Shown here: positions 30,601 to 41,300 of the stretch, one piece after another
Layout of the letters: each line of letters begins with the position of its first letter
Numbering within the stretch: position 1 is the stretch's first letter
Source of the DNA: a virus
IMG/VR virus record: IMGVR_UViG_3300044630_004815
Coordinates: 6,210-70,209 of that record
DNA length: 64,000 bases
Direction: 5' to 3' (one strand)
Position numbers and translations under genes: made by a program
The notes under the pieces: generated by a model
Seen by the model: only the letters and a program-made list of their open reading frames with translations
What the model was told of the DNA's origin: nothing
Databases searched by the model: none

Positions 30601-31061
30601 ACTAATAACTCCTCTCCATCTTGAAATATTTCTGTGTTAAAATCTTCTGAAGATGAATTTTGATACTTAACATAAAGTGCTGTCGTATTTCTAGTCGAAT
30701 TTTCATCCAACTTTGACATCACATATTCAATTTTTGCAGTAACTCCAGTTGTTCTTCCTTTTATTATTTTTCCAACAAAACTATCAAAATATGTCTCAAC
30801 AGAGATCCCCTTATAAGTATCTTCAATTTCTATACAATTGAAAGTTCCATCATAAGCAAAATTTCCTGGAATTACTATTCCACCATTGGAGAAAAATTTA
30901 CTTCCAAATTTTTCAATTTGATTTTGAAGAATTGATTGTAAATTACTTAATTCCCTAGTTTGTACAGTTACTCCAGGTTTGAAAAGAACCTTATAGTAGT
31001 TCTTCTCATCACTAAAATCGTCATAATAAGGACTTACGTTTAGGTTAGTGCTTTGTGGCAT
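24675..31061 (-). CDS. Large virion structural protein (DUF4815/VrlC-like)
   Basis: NLNVSPYYDDF, FKPG..VQ.REL..LQSILQNQ, APGADR, RRTYDESGNY, DPLAQTF and P.IKDLRAIAL motifs. Confidence 0.88.
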   Translation of the reverse strand: MPQSTNLNVSPYYDDFSDEKNYYKVLFKPGVTVQTRELSNLQSILQNQIEKFGSKFFSNGGIVIPGNFAYDGTFNCIEIEDTYKGISVETYFDSFVGKIIKGRTTGVTAKIEYVMSKLDENSTRNTTALYVKYQNSSSEDFNTEIFQDGEELLVQSDVTVGSTLFATDTAVFRVLSPTNRTASSVGSSAKIEEGVYFIRGYFVNISKDTIILDAYTNTPSYRVGLQVIESIVDSDEDSDLTDNAKGFSNYAAPGADRLKIETALTKKELDNFDDDNFIELFRVENGVVRKINNNDPYAFITDVLARRTYDESGNYYVQPFKVSALESLNDNLGNGGQYSNNQKTSSGLTPSDDLATLKVSPGKAYIKGYEVPTSTELVDYEKPRTTKNIESSSSNFYAGNILRVNNITNIPKIGITTDSSITLYNTRLDDTNLPTAVDAIGLARVYDFEYHNTSYVNESSQSNLYLFDIQTYTKLVSNTSISGISTGNYIRGQYSNASGYLKTYSGQNLTLYQVSGTFIQNEPLIISGISTTSTITTVVDYSIQDVKSVSDGTFTSDSSLTESTLINGPLTITVGGGTATIVRQDGTSFANGFKVNDIVKYSSSGQSLPVYAKIDSINANKTSITVSQVASVANVCTNNLGSTGQLNSINIIRPQIRNYDDSSLYSPLENSNISEVSFLNSSVFVKKYYTGLTISGNSLTLPNLSNTDFVYAAFDEERYCLIDDSGNNITLDESNVTINSGSKTGSLTGLSVASASSAKLIVTQIKSNVSSKYKKLQRCSSVTLNRSKYNPVILGSGLTYSSIYGTRVEDQEISLNYPDIFEVHGVFQSSTTSDPQLPQLTISGLNTENIILGEVFIGNTSGAVAICVEKVSSSSISFIYKSQNTFNANEVITFKESEAEATVTIVTPGEDNIISEFIVDNGQRKHFYDIGRLIKKDASKEISKKIKIVFDYFKFEDTDFGDIISVDSYPQNLYGNKIPTFNFVRNTDAIDIRPRVANYNTVSTLSPFDYGSRVFNTGSNNSSQILKSNESIVFDYKFYLPRTDKLTLDKDGNFNIVLGEPTEIPIAPKISEEVLDVATISASAYVFNVSEDIVIELTDHKRYTMSNIRDIEKRVENLEFYTSLSLLEISTQNLLIEDNDGFNRFKCGFFVDNFSSYDVSDQSNISFKAKILNNTLSADTERTQLSLETNTTTNLKVTGNTLTLDYTEVNYQKQPFASRIVNINPFNIITWSGNLDLNPDKDKWKIKIKKTKDVANSEKKGTTEKIKKISSIPYMRSRNVEFIGTRLKPISQFDFIFDSKNLSDNSTGSTYAFPKLIEITNVVGTFVVGELVNGYDSNGNTVSFRLCTPNHKSGAYNNPSTTYSINPYQPSTALSSIYGPQSTVLNVDTESLELPTKSQYFGNITNGMQLYGTSSGASAKVSQIRLISDDNGTLIGAFFIPNPQATDIKFETGNTTAKVTTTTAALGVPGEFTSTAETNFVSEGKKVVITKIKYYDPLAQTFNVPEEEGVFITSVDIFFATKDETIPVELQIREVSSGIPGGPDKIVGNFKKVLNANQISISTDASVATNFKFDNLTRLEGGREYAVVLISDSDNYNVWVSRMGGVEISTASLPEVQKVIINKQPSLGSLFKSQNGTTWVPTPEEDLKFTLNKAQFSPTSGTAFLSNTTVSTKSIQNKLSENPITALSTLAESPYNDGRHIRVYHPNHGMYSENNFVELSGIAPDGLPVKLEAEYSVTSTSAISIPSASTSNFTSFNQTPVEELSPGYIKIGDEIIKYTAASSGQLTGISRGQFGTTPITHEINSLVYKYEFNGVSLVQLNTTFEGIIDPTIDSYYVRKVDDGITFTSDKFGGGNEVYASQNIQFGSLEFDEDFVSNYPSTSIIASARTVSSTSVDGSEVSFADNGYQSVGISSINKFDSPRMVCSRLNELEYLPSAQFNDNKSFTLELNLNTSNSNISPIINLQNTNIFVENYMINQPINLDSYQTDSRVNSNVNDPNSFIYLSKRIDLNDSATSLKVLLSAYRSSYSDIRVLYKIFRDDTPDEDQNWELFPGYLNLDVNNEIINPDNNDGRSDVLVPPSLSGQYLEYSFSTDNIAQFTSFAIKIIGTTTNQAYSPLIKDLRAIALK

Positions 31062-31062
31062 T

Positions 31063-32643
31063 TTAGAACTCTATAATGATTTTAATGTCTTCCCTTTGAT
31101 TTGATGTTCTTGTAATTGTAGATCTGTTGTCTACATACAATATATCACCACTCTTTGTATTTATATCTGGATTAGATAGACCATTAGTAAATGTTTGTCC
31201 TAAATATTCTCCATTATATTGAGAACCACTAATATCTGCCACTTGATATGAAGTTAAATCATTTCCAATAGTTACATTAGATGTATTGAATTGAGAATAT
31301 TGGTATAATGAAGATGTGGTAATTCCAGCAAAATTTGGATTAGTTATATAAGGATCAAACGTTTTTGAAATACCTTGAGATACTTCAGAATAGTAATCAA
31401 CATATTCTTCTCTTGATTGAATATATTTTAAAAATGTTGCCGAACCAATTTCTTCAGCACTAGCAATTACTCCCTTTGCATCAGTTGATGGTTGATTTAA
31501 TTTGTAATCTGATATTCCTGTCAGTCCAGTTGCATTAAGTGCAATTCCATATACACCAGAACCAGTGGTGCCAGTAAAATATGAACTTGAACCATTACTT
31601 AAAACATCTTTAATAATTCCAACCCTTGCAAATTGGTTATCAATAACAAAGTCTGGGTTTGTAATTGGATTTTCAATTCTACTATAGACCAAACATCTAA
31701 ATGCTCCTAATTCCTTATAGATGTCTGCACCATGACCACCAGGGGGAGGAATGATGACATTAAATATGGATTTTTCTGATCCAGAATCTCTAGGAATAAC
31801 AGAATCCAAATCTAATGTAGCATAAGTATATCCAGATCCTGGATTAATAACTTCAACCTTTACTGGATAACCTTCAGAATCAAAAATAACTAGAGCAGTT
31901 CCTCCAGTACCATCCCCCTTTATATTACACGAAACTCCCAATTCTGGATCACTTCCGATTAAATATTGGGTAGATTTTTCAATTAAAATTGTTCTAATTC
32001 CACCATCAATAGCACTCGATCTAACTTCAGATATTGATGCGTTTGTTGAAGTTTTCCAATTACTTGGAACTGGAATATAATCTGTAGAATCAAATTTTAA
32101 ATAATTAGATGGACTTATCGTATAAAGGTACTTCCAAACATATCCATCCCCCCTATCAACATATTCATTTGGATCTGTGTGAGATGGTTCTATTGTAGAT
32201 GGAACTCCGTCCTCATTTCCTGGACCATATCCATTATTTAAACATATGTATACAGAAAATTCACTATTCATTACATAATACTTGCTATCATATAGTCTTG
32301 TTGAACTGGAATTTGGAGTTAAGTTATATGTGCTGTAGTCGTGTCTGTACATATCATAACGAGTGCCAGAATTCCATTCTACCTTTGGAATTGCTCTGAT
32401 TACATCAGTAGATGTAATCTTTTTTACTCCAAGAATAGATTCTTTAAAAGAATTGTGATAATTAAAATTGTCTATTGGATTCTGTGGGTTTGCGTCCCAA
32501 GAAGTCCAATATTCGGTAGGGTTTGGATATCCAATAAAAACATAATAATTTCCTTGAGTGGGATTATCTTCAACGTATTGAATCGAATCTATAAAATTTG
32601 TACAATTTTGTATTTTTAAATTATCAGTTATAATTGCTGGCAT
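31063..32643 (-). CDS. g8: Baseplate wedge subunit gp8
   Basis: YDMYRHDY, VY.CL.N, DGYVWKYLYTI, PPPGGHG.D...ELG and EDIKIIIEF motifs. Confidence 0.92.
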   Translation of the reverse strand: MPAIITDNLKIQNCTNFIDSIQYVEDNPTQGNYYVFIGYPNPTEYWTSWDANPQNPIDNFNYHNSFKESILGVKKITSTDVIRAIPKVEWNSGTRYDMYRHDYSTYNLTPNSSSTRLYDSKYYVMNSEFSVYICLNNGYGPGNEDGVPSTIEPSHTDPNEYVDRGDGYVWKYLYTISPSNYLKFDSTDYIPVPSNWKTSTNASISEVRSSAIDGGIRTILIEKSTQYLIGSDPELGVSCNIKGDGTGGTALVIFDSEGYPVKVEVINPGSGYTYATLDLDSVIPRDSGSEKSIFNVIIPPPGGHGADIYKELGAFRCLVYSRIENPITNPDFVIDNQFARVGIIKDVLSNGSSSYFTGTTGSGVYGIALNATGLTGISDYKLNQPSTDAKGVIASAEEIGSATFLKYIQSREEYVDYYSEVSQGISKTFDPYITNPNFAGITTSSLYQYSQFNTSNVTIGNDLTSYQVADISGSQYNGEYLGQTFTNGLSNPDINTKSGDILYVDNRSTITRTSNQREDIKIIIEF

Positions 32644-32662
32644 TGTACCGTGTCTTTTACCT

Positions 32663-32670
32663 TATTTATT
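32663..32670 (-). promoter_or_regulatory. T4-type late promoter
   Basis: AATAAATA upstream of g8. Confidence 0.55.
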
Positions 32671-35377
32671 ATATTTTTCTCCAAATACTGATTGTTGATG
32701 TTGTAACAGACTGATTGGTTGCACTTGTAGATATTCCAATTACTCCAGAATCAATTGATATTACTTTATAACTATCTGTATATATTGATTCCACGTAATC
32801 CCCAATATTAATATTTGATGTATTAATTCCAATTGTAGATGCTGAGGCAACTGAAAATGAACCAGTTGCAGTTTTTACTGATGTAAATCCAACATCAATT
32901 GAATTTAAAGATTCCCTTGCTTTGCTAATTAGTTCACCACCAATTATTAAATCTTGGTTTTGTGGAGTAAAATCAACTGGTCTATATGTAACAGAATCAT
33001 ACGTTAATCCCTTTTTATTATAAATTTCTGTTCTAAGTTTATCAGAACTCAAAATTTTCTTTACAGTTCTTCTTATTTGAGTTTGTGGATTTTTTTCAAT
33101 ATTCTTTTTGATTTTCAAATTATCCCCTATTTTAATTTTTGGATCAATGTCATATAAGATCATATCTCCAGTACTTCCAGTATAAAAATAAACTTTTACA
33201 GTACTTCCAACTGGTGGAGGTTCACTTAAAATCAATTGAGTTCCCCCATTAAAGGAATATGATTCTCCTGGTATTTGTAATACATCATTGACAAATAGTA
33301 AAATATTCTGCTCAATATCAATTGGAGATCCAGGTAATGTTTCTAGGCTGAGTAATTGGGAGTTTTCTAATAAATTAAATATTTTTCTTGATCCATTTAC
33401 ATAAGGAGTTAAATCATCTAATTTTCTTAAGTTTCCTAAATTCCAAGCAGAAAATGTATCTTTACCAACTTCCAATACTATTATTTTAAGTCTATCTGCT
33501 TCAGTTTGGTCAGATGTTCCAATTGTATTTGGAATAGTCAAAATATCTCCAGTTGAATATCCATATCCTGGATTTGTAAATCTAAATTCTTTAACTTCTC
33601 CAGAATCTGAAATATCAAAAGAAACTTTTGCTCCAATACCAGCAGAAGTTCCAGACAATAAAACATTATCATATTCAAAGGGAGGTTCAATTACTATGCT
33701 TGGAGTTGATCCAATGCCAATATAAGTGCAAGCAACTGACACATTTACTGACACCACAAATCCATCTTGAATAATAGCAGTTCCATACCCACTAATTCTT
33801 TCTCCATTTTGTTCAAATGTCACAGATGCTGCATATCCAGGCAATTGCCTATATCCAGATCCAGAATATGCAATACCTATATTACTATTATCAATATAGT
33901 AAATATCACCAGAATCATTTTTAAATGTTTCATATAATTTTGCTTGCTTAAGTTGTTGATAATTTGATCCACCACTAAGACCATATCCGACAATTATTCC
34001 ACCTCTTGGGAATCCTTTTACATTAACATCATAATCTTTTGGTGCATCTCCCTGAGTACCTATTCCTATAAAGTTAATATTTGTTGAATTTCCTCCAATT
34101 TCTTCAAAATAAAAAGACTCATCAAACTCTGGATACTGGAAAATATTATTGACCAAGATAATTCCATTATCTGATGATATTCCAATAGTAGAAATGCCAG
34201 AAGATTTTAATTCGAATGATGTTGAAATTCCATTAAATTGTGGTGAAATATCATCAAAAACAGTATTGCCCGAATATTCAGATCTTAAGAATGCTCTCCC
34301 CGAGAATGAAGATCCTCCAGAAACATCTAATACATTTAATTTCATTTCACCTATTGGTGTTAATTCATCATATTGTCCTATAGTTGTTGTAAATTCAACT
34401 GGTATTCCAGAAATTGCATTTTGATAATTTTCTGCAAAACTGAAATTATTTTCATAATTTTTAATTGCAAAATAATTTACACCACTATCTAACCCTTGAG
34501 GGGGATTTTGTGTGGACAATCCAACAACAGTTCCTGTTTTTATTACAGAATTAAATATATTGAATGAGAATGTATCGTTTGAAAAATCACTTGCAGATAA
34601 AGTATATGTATACTTCCTACCTTGAAATGGAGAATCTGTAAAATAAATTTTATTTTCAACGATATTATATTGTCCAGACATAATTGTTACTATGTCTGTA
34701 TTTTCATCAAATGGAACTTCATTTGTTCCAAGAATAGTTGGTCCCCTAAAAATGGTTACTGTTCCTACCCCAACATTTGTTCCATTATATTTTACGCTAA
34801 TAACTTTCGCATACTCATCTCCAATTTTCAGTATAGTCCCTTGTGTTATCCCTTCTAATGAATCTAATTCTAAAGTTGTACTATTGACAATAGAATTAAT
34901 TTTAACTGTATTTCCAATTGATATTGGTGATTGGATAATATTATCAATTGCAATTAAACATTTTGAATTCTGCTTATCACATTCAAATGAATGTAATGTA
35001 CCTACTCCAACTGAAGTGAAGTTAACGTATTGATTAGATTCTGCTAAATTTTTTGTTAATGCTATTCGAATCTTTCCATAATCAACAGAAATTGGATATA
35101 CTTCTTCTGGCAAAAATGTTGTCCCCAATATATTTCCTGGACTTGTAGTAGAAATGCCTAAGGCAGATCCACCATTTGGAAATTTATAAGTTAAAGGTTC
35201 TCCAGTATTAAAAAAATGATCTTTTATTGATATGATATCATTTTGAATATCAACAATTGATCCACTTTCTCCATTAAATTCCTTATAAAAAATTGACTCT
35301 CCATTGTGAGTAAGGAGAAAAGAATTTAGTCCAAAAGTATTTGGAACATAAATTGAGTTTGTGGAATTATCTGCCAT
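32669..35377 (-). CDS. Baseplate structural protein resembling the C-terminal part of cyanophage gp7-like giants
   Basis: IDNIIQSP, FDDISPQFNG, ILVNNIFQ.P, PRGGII and FVNDVLQIPG.SY.F.GG motifs. Confidence 0.7.
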   Translation of the reverse strand: MADNSTNSIYVPNTFGLNSFLLTHNGESIFYKEFNGESGSIVDIQNDIISIKDHFFNTGEPLTYKFPNGGSALGISTTSPGNILGTTFLPEEVYPISVDYGKIRIALTKNLAESNQYVNFTSVGVGTLHSFECDKQNSKCLIAIDNIIQSPISIGNTVKINSIVNSTTLELDSLEGITQGTILKIGDEYAKVISVKYNGTNVGVGTVTIFRGPTILGTNEVPFDENTDIVTIMSGQYNIVENKIYFTDSPFQGRKYTYTLSASDFSNDTFSFNIFNSVIKTGTVVGLSTQNPPQGLDSGVNYFAIKNYENNFSFAENYQNAISGIPVEFTTTIGQYDELTPIGEMKLNVLDVSGGSSFSGRAFLRSEYSGNTVFDDISPQFNGISTSFELKSSGISTIGISSDNGIILVNNIFQYPEFDESFYFEEIGGNSTNINFIGIGTQGDAPKDYDVNVKGFPRGGIIVGYGLSGGSNYQQLKQAKLYETFKNDSGDIYYIDNSNIGIAYSGSGYRQLPGYAASVTFEQNGERISGYGTAIIQDGFVVSVNVSVACTYIGIGSTPSIVIEPPFEYDNVLLSGTSAGIGAKVSFDISDSGEVKEFRFTNPGYGYSTGDILTIPNTIGTSDQTEADRLKIIVLEVGKDTFSAWNLGNLRKLDDLTPYVNGSRKIFNLLENSQLLSLETLPGSPIDIEQNILLFVNDVLQIPGESYSFNGGTQLILSEPPPVGSTVKVYFYTGSTGDMILYDIDPKIKIGDNLKIKKNIEKNPQTQIRRTVKKILSSDKLRTEIYNKKGLTYDSVTYRPVDFTPQNQDLIIGGELISKARESLNSIDVGFTSVKTATGSFSVASASTIGINTSNINIGDYVESIYTDSYKVISIDSGVIGISTSATNQSVTTSTISIWRKI

Positions 35378-35382
35378 TTTAA

Positions 35383-38300
35383 TTATAATAGAGGATTAGT
35401 TGATCTTAAAATGCTCTTTTGATAGAATTTTATATCATAAGTTGCCAAATCATTTGGATAGTATGTCAACGTATATGTTCCAGAATTTTGGTCAAATATT
35501 GTATTAAATTCCAGATCATCAAAGTTTCCAATAATTCCATAATTTATATTATTTAAATACTTTTCTTGTTCTGGTATAATATCATAATGAACAGAGTTTA
35601 TTTGAATGATGCTTCTTTGCGTTGTAATACCAACAGTTTTTTGAACTTCAATTACATATTTAGATGCTGCATAGTCCTTTGTTATTGATGAAATCCCAAC
35701 TGGATCTAATGTAGAAGCAGTAAATTGAAGTCTAGAACTATTTAATTTTGCATACTCCAAATCTTGATAACTTGGATTTGTCTGAGAATTTACTAATAGA
35801 TTAGCATTAATATACAAGTATGATCCTATATTTGAAATTGGAGTATAAGTAATTTCAATATTATTTGTAATTCCTGTTGAAATACCTACCTCACCAAGAT
35901 TTCTAATTTCATTTTCTGCATATATTGAAGAAATTATTTGTTGTCCATTATAAAGGAAAGTGAATTCTAAATACTCTTCTATTGATCCGTAAGTTGTAGA
36001 AATACCAACATATACAGTACCAGATTTACAATTTGCCAATGTGCCAATATTAATTCTTTTTTCCGTAGGTGTTACTTCTGAAGAGAATGATGTAGTAATT
36101 GCAACATTACTCAAATTTCCATAATTTACAATTGTTTGATCTGTGTTTAATGCAACTATATCTTTTACGGATCTTGAACTAATAATATTGAAAATATTTG
36201 ATGGAACAAATTCCAATAAAATTTCATTTGAATTATTTGGATTTACCTGGGAAATAAAAGTTCCCAAAGACTCATCCTCAAAATATGAATATGAAACTAA
36301 ATTAATACCATCATTTCTTTTAGATAAGTAGATCTCTGATAATGATGGTAATTCAAAATCAGTATAAATTGATTTGGTTGATTCTATAAATGTAAAATAT
36401 TTTGCAATAAATGTTCCAGATCCAAATATTGGTAAAGTGTCAATTACAATAGTTACTAAAGAAGAATCATTATTAAAATTTGATGAAATATCATCTATAG
36501 ATAAAACTCTGTTTTTTATTGATAATGAATAATCCGTTAATTTTGTACTCTTGAAAGTTAAAATCTCAGAATATAAATTATTATTATCATCAACATCTTC
36601 TAAAACAAGATCGAAATCATTAATAGTATTGGCATTAACGTAGGAATTTATAGAAATATTAATATTTGAATTGTCATTAGAAGTTACTTGATGTCCAGTA
36701 AGATCCTCAGATTCTACTATTAAATCTCCAAATTTCTTCAGTCCAGTAACATGGACCAAATCTGAAACTGGTGAATCCCAATGAATATTTTGTTTATTAC
36801 TTTTCAATGAATATGAAAAATTCTGATAATAGTCGTTATCTGGCAATTTTTGAACTATTTCAGAAAGATTGCCTTTTTGGTCAATCCAACCAATAGGTTT
36901 TGTTTTACTATTAGAAATAGAAAACTCCGAATATTGTGGATTAATTTTGACTATAGTTCCTTCTGAGTTGCTATTTTTTCCTCTAATAATTTGTGACTCT
37001 ATAAATTCTGAAGAATCATAAACCTTAAGGATAGATTTATTTAATGTATCGACAGAATTGTTTATAAGAGTTGTATTTTCTAAAGGCTCATTGGAATAAA
37101 ATTCATTTTCAGAAACTATTACCTCACAATCTGGAAGATCGTTTGAATTTATTACATATGCAAAATTGTATGATATTGGAATACCTGGATCATTTGGAAG
37201 TTCATATCTAATAATAGATTGGTCTGGACTTGAATATGAAGTAATTATCCCAACAACATTAAATGTATTATAAGAATATTTCTCTGAATTATAACCAAAT
37301 CCAGAGGAAACTATTCCCTCAACAAAAATTTTATCGTTTATATTGAATGGAAGTGGATTGGAAGTTGTAAATCCCGAAGATGGAGTCTCCACTCTTAATG
37401 ATACTAAGAAAGTTCCTGGAGAAGTCTCTAAACTAGATGCTTCTATAATTTTAACCCCATTTGAATTCTCGGTAAATATTATTTTATTACCAGTTTTTGG
37501 CAATCCATAACCAGGGTTTGCAATTACAATTTCATCAACTGAAGGACCACTAAGATTACAATATGCACTAAAACTATCATAAATCTCATTCGTATTTTCA
37601 TTATAAAGTTTTACACTTGGGGATGATAGATAATTTGCTCCACCAAAGTTTAAATTTAATTTGGAAACTTTATAATTATTATCAAGGTGTAAGATTGAAT
37701 ATAAATTTGATATTGGTTTTAGTGTTGTGTCTGATGGGTAAATTGAATTGGAAATAGTTTCAATTTTATTAATTTTGCCAATCGTTGTTGTAATTGGAAT
37801 TAATGTAGCATTAATTCCACTACTATTAATTGAAGAAATTGATGGAAGTTTTTTATAATCACTTCCTTTAAATAATAATCTTGTATCATTTATTGGACCA
37901 GTTGTTTGTGAATTTAATATGTTATATGATAATGAAGTATTTCCAATTGCTACATAATTACTTACTTCTGGTTCTGAAGTCAAATTAATTGTAAATGTGT
38001 TTTCTGTTGTTTCTATAATTTCTGAATCTGAATTAAAGATGCTTGGCAATATCTCAATACAATTTGCATTTTGTACACTAGTATCTTGATAAAGATCTTT
38101 TGAAGTTTCAATATTATAGTAAAGTTTATTTGGAGTATGTTCTGTAATTCTTAATGTTAATTTTGTTGAAGTTTTTGTGACTTCAACTCCAGATGTGCCA
38201 TTTCCAATATACTCGTTTTCAAAATTTTCATCAGTATACAGTTTAAATCTAGTATCAGATAAAGTTATTGATGATATGTCAAACTCAACAATTTGATTTT

Positions 38301-41300
38301 TATAAACTGTTAGTTTTGGATTATTTGACGAATCTACTCTAAGTTTTGCAGTTGCTGAATTATAATTGATAGAAAATACAACAGTGGATCCTGTAATAAC
38401 ATTTAAACGTATTACATCACTTAAAGATAATCCATGAGATGATGCAGTGGATACTATAGATTCATTATATAAAATATTTCCAGTAACTACAGATCTATCT
38501 GTTACCAGTTTGTGGAGGTGTCCTGCACCAGAATCATTAAAATATAATAATCCATCGGCAGAACTAATCTTAGTCTTATCATTAGTAAATCCAATAATAT
38601 CATTTCCCAAATCTACAATGTATAAATTTGGAATTTCGTCAATGTATGTTCCAGAATTTAAATTGGTCTGCATACTAAAACCATTTGGATCCATGAAGTA
38701 TGTCACCTTTTCACCATTCTTAAATTTGTGATTTGGCATCCAAATCCCAGCAGTTCTTATAAATCTTGTTTCAGATTTTCCTTGCCCATAAGGAGTTTTT
38801 GTAATGGTATTTCCAGATCCAGGAGTAGTTCCAATTCCAACAGAAATTAAATCAGAATCAAAATAATAGACTTCATTTTTTACGGATAGATCTAATTTTT
38901 GATTTAAATTAAATTGGAACTTATTTGATAATAATTCAACTTCGGATTGTGATGCTGCTGAATTAGAATCATTTTCTCTTAAGACTGTTATTGAATTGTT
39001 TAAATAATCAAATCCAACAACATTTAGTATTTCTGTTCCTATTTTAATTTTTGAATCAATATCAAAATTAGTTATAGAATCGGTAATTGTTATTGAAGTT
39101 AAAATACCACTGTTTGCTGGCAATTCTTTAGTTAATTTGGATTTAAATTGCTTAAATGCAATTTTTTTGGTTCCTTCCAATGATGAATATGCTGATGAAG
39201 ATATTCCAGTTATATTGATATAATAATTGTCTTTTATATTAAGAGTTGTAGAAGCAATTCCAGTAACAACATTATTTGTCTGGACAAACGTAACTTGAGA
39301 TTCTGAGAGTGTTTGTGAAGATATGCTTGTTATTCCAACACCCATTAATTCACTGACTTCTGCAGATGCTCCAAATCCACCTGTCACTTCATTATTGAAG
39401 ATAATTTTATCTCCAATAGAATATCCATTACCAGAAGAAACTACTTCAATATCATCAACTGTTCCACTTAAAGTACTTAATACAGTAAGATCTTCCTTAT
39501 AAATGTTTGGATAGAAGTCAAAATAATCATAATAATTTTCTTTATCTTGAATATAATATGGAAATGTGTGCTTAACAATATCTAAAGTATTAAAATCTAA
39601 ATCTTGACTATAATTTAAATCTAAATTGTCTTCAACTAGTGAATAATTATATTCTGGACCAATAAAATATGGGAAAGTAGATGTTGCAAAATATGCATAA
39701 ACCCCATTTGGATACTCTGGAGTAATGCAATATCTTCCATTGTTTTCATCTAGTGTGCCAAGATCTTTAACGAAAGTATAGTCTTCTATGCAATCAAGAT
39801 TTGAAGACTCTGAAATTATAGGTGATTTTCTAATCTTTCTATAACTACTTGTCATTTTAATGATATCACCACTTCCATCTACATTTTCATATGCATATGG
39901 ACCATAAATTGGACATCCATCATATGACCAACCAATGATTGGAGAATGAGAATTGCTTGTAATATTAAAATTTCCTGATAGAGTTGGAGTTAAATAATAT
40001 ATTCCTATATTATTTTTGTTCTGATAATAGTTTTCTCCAACCAATAATCCACGATTTAAAATTGTACTTGAATATTTCGATACTTCATTAAGAGTCCAAT
40101 ATTTAATATTTGCTTTAAATTCTGCACCAGACCCTTCATTTTTTGCTAATAATTTTGTATACTGGTCATATCCAATTCCAGAACTAATAACTTTAATCTC
40201 TGTGATTTGACCGTCTACAATGACTGGATGAAGTTTTGCTCCTACTCCAGATCCAATGACTTCAATATTTACTGTATTATAATATCCATACCCAGGATTG
40301 AAAATAATAACTCTCACAATCTTTCCATTTGAAATGATTGGTTTAAAGGAAGCAGATTTTCCTTTAACTAAATCAATTTTGGGAGCATATTCGTAGTTAA
40401 ATATATTAGAACCATATTGTTCAGAATTAATTATATTAACTTTACTTATAGATCCCTTTACTTTTGGATATAATTCTGCAGAGGATCCAATGGTTGAAAT
40501 TCCTAATGTACTTAATCTTCCAGTAATTTCAGTTCTAATTGGGGAATATGAAAAATAATGAATACTAGTAGAATTTGAAGCATTAATGATAATAGGAGTA
40601 TTCAAATCCTTAGTTGAGGACAGTTTAAATTTGTCATCATCAATTTTGATGACATAATAGTATTGAGATGTATTTAATATAGAATTGCCAGTGTATGAGT
40701 ATGAAATTTCATCCCCAGAAACAAATCCATGATTTTCAAATTCAAATATTTCATCATAATGATTAATATTTGCCTTCTTTAATGGAAGTTTCTTATATTT
40801 AAATTGAGTTTCTATATCAATGATATTAACAGAATCTACAACATTTACTAATTTCACTGAAGTAAACTTTTGAAGTCCCTTTCCACGAGTTCTTAAATTT
40901 ATAGTTCCAATTCCAGCAAAGGCATCCTCTTTAGTATTTGCCAATCTAAATGATGTTCCTGCTCCAACATCAAAAATATAATAGATTGAATTATTGGAAA
41001 GAAATTCAGTTCCAGTTCCAATTCCAATTGGAGTGTTGCCAAAAGTCTCATAAATTACACCATCTCCAGGGAATAGTTTATGAGGATAGTCAAGAATAAA
41101 TTTATTAATCGGATCTAAAGTAACGACAACATCAGAATCATCTGCATTAAAAGAAAGTTCTCTTTGAACCTTCTTCATTTTTACTTCTGTTCTTACTGAA
41201 TCATTTCCACCACCTTTTACCGTAACTATGGGAGTCTCAATATAATCAAATCCAGAATCAATTACTGCAATTGATTCGATATCTCCACTTAATTCTGGGG

